Source of the DNA: Limisphaerales bacterium | Lineage (GTDB): Bacteria; Verrucomicrobiota; Verrucomicrobiia; Limisphaerales; Palsa-1400 | Length of the DNA: 64,000 nucleotides | Reading direction: 5' to 3' | NCBI GenBank assembly: GCA_052139695.1 | Contig: JBKQWF010000243.1 | Span: forward strand, 1,338 to 65,337 | Part shown: in pieces, positions 9,457 to 17,775 of the stretch | How the letters are laid out: every line of letters starts with the position of its first letter | Position numbering within the stretch: the stretch's first letter is position 1 | The notes under the pieces: generated by a model | Database searches by the model: none | What the model was told of the DNA's origin: nothing | Seen by the model: the letters and a program-made list of their open reading frames with translations, nothing else | Position numbers and translations under genes: made by a program

Positions 9457-10308
9457 TTAAGACAAACAAGCCTCCGGCGTGCGTTGGTCCGCCAGGAAGA
9501 AGTTGTCATCCAGCACAAGCATGGTTTGGTTGGTCTTTACTCTTTTGGCCACGCTCGCCTCCAGCCCGCCGTTGAATCCCGGCAGGACTTCGGCCATCGC
9601 CTCAATGTTCTCTTCGGGAATTCGTTCCACCGCATCCACCAGATCGACGCTCACCGCCAAAGGCTTGGACCCGAACCAAAGTACCAGGACGACTTCACGA
9701 TGATGCTCGATCAGAATTCGCCGAGCTTCGCCAAACCACACGACGAGTGCCGCGAGCTCATTTCGGCGCCGTTCGGCCACTAATTCCATCGCCCCAGTGG
9801 CGTCACCCTGTGCCGCCTTCTCCAGCGCCAGGGCCGCCGTCGCATGGATGATTCGGTGTGGTTCATCCATGCGTTGGAGCGACATCCGAAGAAGGCTGTT
9901 GTCGGTCTTGAACTGGTCGTACCAGAGGCCGAACTTGCACTTGTGGTGGTCCCGCGCCAAACCAAAGGGGCGCTGCTCGCGCAGGCAGGCTTCCAGTTCG
10001 TTGAGCCAGGTCAGGTGATCCTGCTCCCGGTCCCGCAATAACTGGATAATGGTATCCAATTCCGATTGGTTTGAAGACAAGCCCACTTTAACTCGCAGAT
10101 CAATCAGGGGGATGATGCTGCCCCGCAGGTTAATGACCCCGCGGACTTGCGGGGGCATATTGGGAACACTCGTCACCTTGGGCAGCAATACGATCTCCCG
10201 AACGTGCTCGGAAGCAATGGCGTACAAGGTGTTCTTGATCGTGAATATAACGTGGGGGAATCGGGTCTGGGTTTTCATTGGAGTCATCTGGGTCTTTTCC
10301 TCAACCAT
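9457..10308 (-). CDS. cheW: CheW-family coupling protein with an internal CZB-like domain
   Basis: 'VREIV..P.VT.VP..P..VRGVINLRGSIIPLIDLR' (CheW), insert 'DHLTW...DHHKCKFGLWY...PHRIIH', then CheW resumes 'VDLVDAVE.I'. Start ATG 10308 or TTG 10314. Confidence 0.85.
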   Translation of the reverse strand: MVEEKTQMTPMKTQTRFPHVIFTIKNTLYAIASEHVREIVLLPKVTSVPNMPPQVRGVINLRGSIIPLIDLRVKVGLSSNQSELDTIIQLLRDREQDHLTWLNELEACLREQRPFGLARDHHKCKFGLWYDQFKTDNSLLRMSLQRMDEPHRIIHATAALALEKAAQGDATGAMELVAERRRNELAALVVWFGEARRILIEHHREVVLVLWFGSKPLAVSVDLVDAVERIPEENIEAMAEVLPGFNGGLEASVAKRVKTNQTMLVLDDNFFLADQRTPEACLS

Positions 10309-10310
10309 CC

Positions 10311-12329
10311 TCAAAAGTCCTTGAAATCGCCTTCCATCGGCATCTGGTCTCGGAGACCCGCCTTGGTGACCGCCGCAGGCGCCGCCTGGAGGTGTGTGGT
10401 TCTATGCCCGTTCCCGTTTCCATTTCCGTTCGACCGGGCAGGTTGTTTGACCGGCATAACGGCGGCAGGCCTTTTCTCGCGGGGCATCGCGGGAGCGGTT
10501 CGTTTTGTGGTTCCACTGCTTCCACCCGCGAGTTGCAGCAGTTCCGCGACGGACTGTTTCATGGCCGCAGCCTGGGAATTCAGTTCCTGTGCCGCCGCCG
10601 CGCTTTCTTCGGCATTGGCGGCATTGCTCTGGGTCACTTTGTCCATTTGACTCACTGCGGTGTTGATTTGCGTAATGCCCTCCGTTTGTTCGCGCGAAGC
10701 ACTGGCGACTTGCGCCGCCAGTTCATCCACCTGCCGCGCCTTGGACACAATTTCATTCAATGTCTGCGCGACATTCCTGCTGATATCCACCCCCTGGCTG
10801 GTTTTGCCAATAGCGCCTTCAATCTTGGAGGCGGTTTCTTTGGCCGCCTGGGCGCTGCGCTGCGCCAGATTGCGCACTTCATCGGCGACGACGGCGAAGC
10901 CCATGCCCGATTCACCCGCGCGCGCGGCTTCCACCGCGGCATTGAGCGCGAGGATATTGGTCTGGAAGGCGATTTCGTCGATTGTCTTAATGATATTGGC
11001 GATGTCGTCCGAGGAGGCTTTGATGGCTTCCATGGCGGCGCTCATCGTCTGCATGTCGGCCACGCCTTTGTCCGCCGCGGAGCGGGCCTGCTTGGCGAGT
11101 TCGTTGGCTTTGTGGGCATTTTCCGAGTTGCGCTTGGTCATGCTGGACAATTCCTCCAGTGACGAACTGGTTTCTTCCAGCGACGCGGCTTGTTCGCTAG
11201 ACCCTTCGGCCAGGGATTGGCTGGAGGCGGAAACCTGGCTGGCGGCCGAACCGACTTGCTGCGAGCCATCCTCAAGGGCTGTGGCGACTGCGCCAATCGG
11301 CCGGATGATGGAGCGGGCAACGAAGAAGGCCAGCAAACCACCCGCGATCGCTCCCAGGATGGTTGTGATCAGGGAAAAAAGTTTCATGGAGGCCGCGCGA
11401 TTTTGAGCGCTGGAGGCCGAGGCGACAGAGTTCTCCGTCGTCGTCTTGATCAGCCGATCGAGGATGTCAGCAGCCTTGAGGCGGTCAACCGCGCAGACCT
11501 TGGCAGATTGGGTCCGCAGTTTGCTTTCGAGTTCCTGCGCTTTTGTCGCCAGCGCGATCATACGTTCGAACTGCGCAAAAACCGCGTCCGCGGAGGGTTT
11601 CATTTCGGTTTTGAAAACGGCGGCCGCTCCCGGTCCATCGCCGGCTTTCATCAGTTCTTTTATCCTCTTGACCGAAGAATGGAATTTGTCGTGCGAGACC
11701 TGGCATTGCGCGAGCGCGTCGCGCAGTTCAGGATTTTGCAGCGTGACGCTGGCCTTCCATTTGCCAAAATTGCAGCGGGTGGGGTCATCATGGCCTTCAA
11801 ACTCTTTCTTGTCGTCAATCAAGGCCGAAACCAGCGTTTCCAGCGCGTAATGATCGCCGCGGAACAGTTCCAGATTCTGGCGTAACACCGTGGGATCGCC
11901 GACGCCCAAATCCTCCAGTTCCTTGGTCATGCGAAGGAACTCGGTGTTGCCCGTCCGCCATTGCGCCCATGCGGGCTGCAATTCATCCCACAGCTTCTGT
12001 TCTTCGGCAGATTTGGCGAGGGGTTCGTAAGACTTCCAGGCTTTCTCGTAAGTGTCCCTGGTTTTCGTGATGCCTTCATAGACTTGAGCGCGCTCCGCTG
12101 AATCGAGGTCCCATTGCAGGCATACCTGTTGCGCCTCGGCGATTTTCTCGCTTTCGACCTTGATGGTTTGCAGGTACTCCACCCCAGGCATGCGGACCAG
12201 CCCGAGATCCTGGATGTCGCGCGCGTTCCGCGTCACGCTGTAGTATCCGGCGCCGCCCAGAATGACCGCGATGGCGACGATTAAGGCGAATCCGAATCTG
12301 ATTCGCATTCCAATGGTCCAAGTTTTCAT
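10311..12329 (-). CDS. Methyl-accepting chemotaxis protein (two TMs, four-helix-bundle sensor with CZB-like insert)
   Basis: Hairpin tip '[43 protein letters not shown]'; C-terminal pentapeptide DFKDF. Confidence 0.95.
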   Translation of the reverse strand: MKTWTIGMRIRFGFALIVAIAVILGGAGYYSVTRNARDIQDLGLVRMPGVEYLQTIKVESEKIAEAQQVCLQWDLDSAERAQVYEGITKTRDTYEKAWKSYEPLAKSAEEQKLWDELQPAWAQWRTGNTEFLRMTKELEDLGVGDPTVLRQNLELFRGDHYALETLVSALIDDKKEFEGHDDPTRCNFGKWKASVTLQNPELRDALAQCQVSHDKFHSSVKRIKELMKAGDGPGAAAVFKTEMKPSADAVFAQFERMIALATKAQELESKLRTQSAKVCAVDRLKAADILDRLIKTTTENSVASASSAQNRAASMKLFSLITTILGAIAGGLLAFFVARSIIRPIGAVATALEDGSQQVGSAASQVSASSQSLAEGSSEQAASLEETSSSLEELSSMTKRNSENAHKANELAKQARSAADKGVADMQTMSAAMEAIKASSDDIANIIKTIDEIAFQTNILALNAAVEAARAGESGMGFAVVADEVRNLAQRSAQAAKETASKIEGAIGKTSQGVDISRNVAQTLNEIVSKARQVDELAAQVASASREQTEGITQINTAVSQMDKVTQSNAANAEESAAAAQELNSQAAAMKQSVAELLQLAGGSSGTTKRTAPAMPREKRPAAVMPVKQPARSNGNGNGNGHRTTHLQAAPAAVTKAGLRDQMPMEGDFKDF

Positions 12330-12447
12330 AGTATTTGTTTTAGTCTTATCCGGCGTTTACTTTTGTCTGTTGGTTTTGCGGGGATTGAATGAATTCCAAA
12401 ATTTCCGCACCGCCTGCCCCACGGGGCGCGGCCCTTTTCATAGAGAC

Positions 12448-12476
12448 GTATCGGCAGACGGGTGACTGCCCTATTA
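12448..12476 (-). promoter_or_regulatory. Candidate sigma28/FliA promoter upstream of the MCP
   Basis: GCCGATAC -10 box (12455-12448) with TAATAG upstream; -35 match and spacing imperfect. Confidence 0.35.
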
Positions 12477-12584
12477 GCAAAACTTGTTGAATAGTAACCC
12501 TTTGTTGTCACTGACGTCCTAGTTTCGGTAGCATTCGCGTGCATGGCAGCGGTCACCTTCGGGGCGATGCGGAGCTGCGCCTGA

Positions 12585-12779
12585 ATTTGCCCCCATTGCG
12601 GCTCGCGCTTGACCGTCGGGGAAGATGCGCGGCGCAAGATCATCGGCCTGACGGCTTCCAGCCTCGACGACCCGAGCGGGTTCAAACCCGTGATGGACAT
12701 CTTTGTCCGTGACGCGCAACCTTGGGACATCATGGATGCCGCTTTGCCCAAATACACCCAATACATGCCGCGGGGATAG
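12585..12779 (+). pseudogene. 3' remnant of a GFA/CENP-V family gene
   Basis: Translates 'CPHCGSRL...IIGLTASSLDDPSGFKPVMDIFVRDAQPWDIMDAALPKY...*'; no start codon and N-terminal CxCxxC missing. Confidence 0.7.
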
Positions 12780-13189
12780 GGGGACCGCCTGCGTCAAGCT
12801 TGGTAATCCACACTCACCATCGGGAGACGGTGGGCCGACATCTGTGACTGGCCGAATTGTCCAAGGTTTATCGCCTCCGCTGCGTCGAACGCCTGCCCAG
12901 GTCTTGGCCGGTCGGCACCCGAAAGGCGGACAGCGGGAGGAGGGGCACTACCTTGACAAGCGCAGCGCAGCCGCACAATGGCAGCGGCAAACATGCGGCG
13001 CTGTTGCGGCAAGGGTCGTTGGCGCAGTCCCATCTGTTTTCATGGGTTTAGCTCGAATGCGCCTCCACGCGTATTTGACGCGCTCACAGGTTCGATTAGG
13101 CTTTCTTGCGCCGGGATTCTCCCACCCTGTGCGCTGCCGGGACTTGCTATCCTGCTTGAAATTGGCCTCGTTCTGTGAGATAGACAGGT

Positions 13190-13429
13190 ATGACTTTAAC
13201 GATTCCACCAGAGCGGCTCGGCAGTGTCGCTTTGGACGAACGCGACGCCGTAGTGGACATTGCCATCGGCCTTTACAAGCGGGAAGCCGTGTCGCTTGGA
13301 CGCGCCGCTGAGGTTGCCGGAATCTCATCTGTTGAATTGCTCGCCGAACTGGGCCGTCGCCATATTCCAATCAATTATGGCGTGGGGGAATTGCGCGAGG
13401 ATGTGGCGACGTTCGAGAAGTGCTCCTGA
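13190..13429 (+). CDS. UPF0175 family protein (putative antitoxin)
   Basis: 'AIGLYKREAVSLGRAAEVAGIS..E....L..R.IP..Y...EL.ED'. Confidence 0.85.
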   Translation: MTLTIPPERLGSVALDERDAVVDIAIGLYKREAVSLGRAAEVAGISSVELLAELGRRHIPINYGVGELREDVATFEKCS

Positions 13430-13451
13430 TTTTGGGACACGGGCCTTCTGA

Positions 13452-13919
13452 ATGATCGTCGTCAGCGACACCACTGGCGTTACGACGCTGCTCAAGGCAG
13501 GAATGGACAGCTTGCTCCAAGAGCTTTTTGGGAGCGTCACAATTCCACAGGCCGTTTGGGACGAGTTGCGTGCCTTTCACCCGCAGCTACCGGATTTCCT
13601 TTTGCTTCGCGCGGTCGCAAGGGCAGAGGGACGGCTGCCGCAAACATCGTTGCTGGGCCGTGGCGAGGCGGAAGCGATTACGCCGGCGAAGGAAGCCAAC
13701 GCCGACTTGCTTCTGACCGATGACTTGAAGGCCCGTCATGTTGCGGCTGGTTTGAACCTCAAATGCACCGGTCTCTTGGGGTTGCTCATCCGTGCAAGAC
13801 AGCGCGGTTATATCCCCTCGGTGCGAGAGGCAATCGGAACCCTCGAAACGCGGGGCGGACTGTACTTGTCAGATGTCGTCAAAGCCGAGGCGGTTAGGCT
13901 GGCAGGCGAACCCCCGTAA
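13452..13919 (+). CDS. DUF3368 PIN-domain protein (putative toxin)
   Basis: 'IVVSDT', 'IPQAVWDEL', 'LGRGEAEAI', 'LLLTDD..AR..A', 'GLLG.L..A...G.I'; paired with UPF0175. Confidence 0.85.
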   Translation: MIVVSDTTGVTTLLKAGMDSLLQELFGSVTIPQAVWDELRAFHPQLPDFLLLRAVARAEGRLPQTSLLGRGEAEAITPAKEANADLLLTDDLKARHVAAGLNLKCTGLLGLLIRARQRGYIPSVREAIGTLETRGGLYLSDVVKAEAVRLAGEPP

Positions 13920-13980
13920 ACTCTTGTTTGTCAAGACTGTTTATTTTGCATCCCTGACGCTGTTTTTATGAAAATCAATC

Positions 13981-14006
13981 CACGGATTTCGCGGATGGGC
14001 ACGGAT
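13981..14006 (+). repeat. Short CACGGAT tandem motif (3 copies, 9-10 nt period)
   Basis: CACGGAT tt CGCGGAT ggg CACGGAT. Confidence 0.5.
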
Positions 14007-14064
14007 AAATGGGGAAAACCGTAAATTGGCTTGTCGCATTGAGGGAAGTTCCTAAAATGGAGCC

Positions 14065-14337
14065 ATGCGAATGACGCGCGAACGAGTTCTGGAACTTTAT
14101 TTCATGGAGGCGCGGTCAAAATTAGTCGATCTCGCGGCCTTTCTCGACCGGCTGGAACGGGCCGATGGCACGGATGATTTTCGCGTCACCGCCTTTCGCC
14201 AGGCACTGCAAGAACTCCACGGACCGCAAGCACATCGCGCGCAGCGCGTCCTGCTCGCTTTGAGCGATCCCACTCTCGCACCTTTGGCAGCGGCCACCAC
14301 CAAAGCCGCCGCAGGCGCCTGGCCTGGAACGAAGTAA
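14065..14337 (+). CDS. Small hypothetical protein heading the ebo-like operon
   Basis: 90 aa helical ORF; TTGTCG-16-TAAAAT promoter just upstream; 16 nt from the next gene. Confidence 0.7.
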   Translation: MRMTRERVLELYFMEARSKLVDLAAFLDRLERADGTDDFRVTAFRQALQELHGPQAHRAQRVLLALSDPTLAPLAAATTKAAAGAWPGTK

Positions 14338-14353
14338 CCAAAACTCGCCGTTC

Positions 14354-15160
14354 ATGCGTTACATCGAACCCCACGCCCACATGGTCAGCCGCACGACGGA
14401 TGATTACCAGGCCATGGCCACGGCCGGATGCCAGGCCGTCTGCGAACCGGCCTTCTGGGCCGGCTTCGATCGCGGCTCGGCGGAGGGCTTCTATGATTAC
14501 TTCCGGCAATTGACCGAATTTGAGCCCACGCGCGCGGCGCGCTATGGCTTGGCGCACTATTGCTGGATTTGCCTCAATCCCAAGGAAGCCGAAGACCTGG
14601 CGCTGGCGAATGAAGTCCTCGGCATCATTCCTCAATTCCTCGACCGCCCCAATGTCCTTGGCATCGGCGAAATAGGATTGAACAAGAACAGCCGCCATGA
14701 ACTGGAGGTGTTTGAAAAGCACGTCGATTTGGCGGTTCGCCACCAGCAGTTAATCCTCATCCATACCCCTCATCTCGAGGACAAATGGAAAGGGACGCGC
14801 CTGATAATCGATGCGTTGCGGGCCGACGGGCGGGTTCAACCCGAGCGGGTGCTGATCGATCACGTTGAGGAACACACCGTGCAAGCAGTGCTGGAGGCCG
14901 GCTTCTGGGCGGGGATGACCTTATACCCCGAATCCAAATGCACCGCGGCGCGGGCGGCCGATATGTTGGATTTGTATGGGCGGGAGCGATTGTGGATGAA
15001 CAGCGCTTGTGATTGGGGCGTCAGCGTCCCGCTGGCGGTGCCGCGGGCCGGCCTGGAATTGAGGCGCCGGGGTTACAGCGCAAAGGAAGTCGATGATGTC
15101 ATCTACCGCAACCCGGCCCGTTTCATGAGCCAATCGAAGAACTTCCGCGAGCTTCCGTAG
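14354..15160 (+). CDS. TatD-family hydrolase (EboB-like)
   Basis: '[14 protein letters not shown]', 'LNPKEA', 'GIGEIG', 'IHTPH..DK..GT', 'IDH..E', 'NSACDWG.S.PLAVP'. Confidence 0.85.
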   Translation: MRYIEPHAHMVSRTTDDYQAMATAGCQAVCEPAFWAGFDRGSAEGFYDYFRQLTEFEPTRAARYGLAHYCWICLNPKEAEDLALANEVLGIIPQFLDRPNVLGIGEIGLNKNSRHELEVFEKHVDLAVRHQQLILIHTPHLEDKWKGTRLIIDALRADGRVQPERVLIDHVEEHTVQAVLEAGFWAGMTLYPESKCTAARAADMLDLYGRERLWMNSACDWGVSVPLAVPRAGLELRRRGYSAKEVDDVIYRNPARFMSQSKNFRELP

Positions 15161-15177
15161 GTCCTATCTCCTCTCCT

Positions 15178-16338
15178 ATGCGCCTGGCCAAAGGTCACCA
15201 TCTCGCTTATTGCACGAACATTCATCGCGGGGAAACGTGGCCCGAAACCCAGGCGGCGCTGGAGGAATTCACCCTGGCCGTGCGGGAACGCGTCTGCCCG
15301 GGGCAGCGGTACGGCATTGGCTTGCGGTTGAGTGGCCGGGCGGCGCAAGAATTGACTGCAGCGCCGGTCCTGGCCTCCTTTCAACGCTGGCTGGATCGGC
15401 ATGATTGTTACGTATTCACGATCAACGGTTTCCCCTTCGGGCAGTTCCACGGCGAACGCGTCAAGGAGCAGGTTTACACGCCAGACTGGACCACCACCGC
15501 GCGCCTGGATTACACCAATCGCCTCTTTGATTTGCTGGCGCAACTTCTGCCGCCCCAAGGAGAAGGCAGCGTCAGCACCGTGCCCGGCTCGTTTAAAGAA
15601 TTCATCACCACCGCCGGGCAGGAAAAGATGATGCGGGATAATCTTTTCCGTTGCGTCGAGCACATCGCGCGCCTGGAAGAAAAGACCGGGCGGCGGTTGC
15701 ATCTCGGCTTGGAGCCAGAGCCGCTGTGCTATCTGGAAACGACGGTCGAAACGGTTTCTTTTTTTGAGCGCCTGCGCTCTGAACACCCTCACGACCCCCG
15801 ATTGGCAAGGTGCCTGGGGGTTAATTATGATACCTGTCACCTGGCAGTCGAATTCGAGGAACCGGCTGAGGCCCTCGGAAGGCTCAAGCGCCACGAGATT
15901 AAGATCAGCAAACTGCATTTGAGTTCCGCCTTGAAAGCACGGCCTACGCCGGTCGGACGGGCGGCTCTGGCTAAGTTCGCGGAAGATGTCTATTTGCACC
16001 AGGTGGTGGCGCGCACTGCCGCGGGGAACTTGATTCGTTATCGCGATCTGGATCGCGTGCTCGCCTCCGCGGAGGAGGCGGAGGAATGGCGGGTGCATTT
16101 TCACATCCCGTTGCATAGCCCGCCGACAGAGGGTTTTGACAATACAACCGACCATCTGCTGGGGGTCCTGGATGAGCTGGCGTCGCAGCCTGGGCTCTGC
16201 CCGCATCTGGAAATGGAGACCTACACCTGGGGAGTCATGCCGCCTGAATTAAAAAGCCGGAACGTGGTGGAGCAGCTCGCCGGGGAATATGATTGGTGTC
16301 TCAGCCAACTGCGCCGTCGCGGTCTGGCGGACGGTTAA
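15178..16338 (+). CDS. eboE: Metabolite traffic protein EboE (xylose-isomerase-like TIM barrel)
   Basis: 'HLAYCTNIH.GE.W', 'FTINGFPFG.FH...VK..VY.PDW', 'LEPEP.C..E', 'DTCH.AVEFE', 'WRVHFHIP', 'LEMETYTW'. Confidence 0.92.
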   Translation: MRLAKGHHLAYCTNIHRGETWPETQAALEEFTLAVRERVCPGQRYGIGLRLSGRAAQELTAAPVLASFQRWLDRHDCYVFTINGFPFGQFHGERVKEQVYTPDWTTTARLDYTNRLFDLLAQLLPPQGEGSVSTVPGSFKEFITTAGQEKMMRDNLFRCVEHIARLEEKTGRRLHLGLEPEPLCYLETTVETVSFFERLRSEHPHDPRLARCLGVNYDTCHLAVEFEEPAEALGRLKRHEIKISKLHLSSALKARPTPVGRAALAKFAEDVYLHQVVARTAAGNLIRYRDLDRVLASAEEAEEWRVHFHIPLHSPPTEGFDNTTDHLLGVLDELASQPGLCPHLEMETYTWGVMPPELKSRNVVEQLAGEYDWCLSQLRRRGLADG

Positions 16339-16381
16339 AGATTGCGCGGGGAACGGCACACTTTAAAGTGCCGGGCGAAAG

Positions 16382-17251
16382 TTGAATCTACTCAAACGTC
16401 CATCCAAATTACAGGTTCTCCTGGTTCTGGGACGGGTCTCGAATTTGCCCACCGTCTGGTCGGATTGCCTGGCGGGCTGGTGGCTGGGGGGAGGAGGCCG
16501 CCTCGGCCTGCTCCTCGGCGTCTCTCTTTCCACCAGTCTGCTTTACATTGGCGGAATGTTTTTGAATGATGCCTTTGACGCGGATTTCGATCAAAACAAC
16601 CGCCGCAGCCGGCCCATTCCTTCCGGCGCTATCAGCCGGCAGGAAGTTTGGCAATGGGGCTTTGTCTGGCTGGTGCTGGGATTGGCCGGGATGTTTCTGG
16701 AGGGCAAGCCGGCCCTCGAATTGTCGCTGATCCTGGCCGCTCTCATTTTACTCTATAACGCCGTCCACAAATTGTTTCCCGTCGCCCCGGTCTTAATGGG
16801 AGGCTGCCGCGTCCTTCTTTATCTGACGGCGGCGGCGACCGGCCAAAAAGGCGTAACCGGAGAAGCCATCTGGAAGGGCCTGGCTCTGGGAACTTACGTG
16901 GTGGGTTTAAGTTGTCTGGCCCGCAAGGAGACAAGCCGTCGCTTGGTGCGGCTATGGCCGGGCTTGTTGCTGGCCGCCCCCGTGCTGCTGGCCATTCTGG
17001 AGGATGACGGCCCGGCTTGGAAGGGGGCGGCCGTTTTTTCCGCGGTGCTGGCCCTCTGGTCGTGCCTGGCCCTGGGCAGGAGCCTGGGCCGCCCCGGAAC
17101 CAGCGTCGGCTACACCGTCTCCCACCTGCTGGCGGGGATTGTGCTGGTGGATTTGCTGGCCGTCGCCAATCCCAACCTGCTTGCCCTTGCCATTTTTGCC
17201 CTTTGTTTTGTATCCGCCTTGCTGATGCAGCGTTCCATCCCGGCTACTTGA
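16382..17251 (+). CDS. UbiA-family prenyltransferase (EboC-like)
   Basis: 'RVSNLPTVWSD.LAG', 'GGM.LNDAFDA..D....RPIPSG', 'YN..HK', 'MG.CR'; multi-TM. Confidence 0.85.
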   Translation: MNLLKRPSKLQVLLVLGRVSNLPTVWSDCLAGWWLGGGGRLGLLLGVSLSTSLLYIGGMFLNDAFDADFDQNNRRSRPIPSGAISRQEVWQWGFVWLVLGLAGMFLEGKPALELSLILAALILLYNAVHKLFPVAPVLMGGCRVLLYLTAAATGQKGVTGEAIWKGLALGTYVVGLSCLARKETSRRLVRLWPGLLLAAPVLLAILEDDGPAWKGAAVFSAVLALWSCLALGRSLGRPGTSVGYTVSHLLAGIVLVDLLAVANPNLLALAIFALCFVSALLMQRSIPAT

Positions 17252-17398
17252 GCAAATAAGCCGCCAATTTGACACCCTTGGAAGGCCTGTTCCGGCCAGT
17301 ACCGCGTGTCTTTGACAGTTTTTGTGAAAATAATTGACTTGAAGCCTCGCGCTTTTTAGCAGAAGGCGTATATTTCCTGTAGCCGAATTGTAGCCAAT

Positions 17399-17749
17399 AT
17401 GAAACGAAAGACTTGGAGCCGGAAAAAGATTAATGATCAGTTTTCAGGAATGCTTAAAGCGGATGGCACCCCCATGTGCCGCCAGCAAATCCACATGGCC
17501 CGAAAGAAGGCCCGTGGCGTTTGTTTGACGTGCGGCGAGCCAGCCGTGGGCGTTTACTGTCTCAAACACACCATCGCGGCGCGTGAGCGCATGCGGCTGA
17601 AGTTGAAATACCGCCGCCGCCTGCGGCAATCCCCCAGCTACATCCTGGAGCAGAGCGCCCGTTCCAAACGCCGCATCCCGCCGCGCGTGCGGGCCGAACA
17701 GGTCCGGCGCCTTCGCTCGCGCGGCCAGGCCAAGGCCGCCTCAAAATAG
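17399..17749 (+). CDS. Very basic hypothetical protein with a CxxC...CxxH motif
   Basis: 'CLTCGEPAVGVYCLKH'; Arg/Lys-rich; AT-rich upstream region. Confidence 0.6.
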   Translation: MKRKTWSRKKINDQFSGMLKADGTPMCRQQIHMARKKARGVCLTCGEPAVGVYCLKHTIAARERMRLKLKYRRRLRQSPSYILEQSARSKRRIPPRVRAEQVRRLRSRGQAKAASK

Positions 17750-17775
17750 AGCACAAGCCCGCCTGATGTTCAACA

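Noticed and set aside
12703-13311. ORFs between the GFA remnant and UPF0175
   Set aside because: No recognisable motifs; overlap real features; probably decayed intergenic DNA
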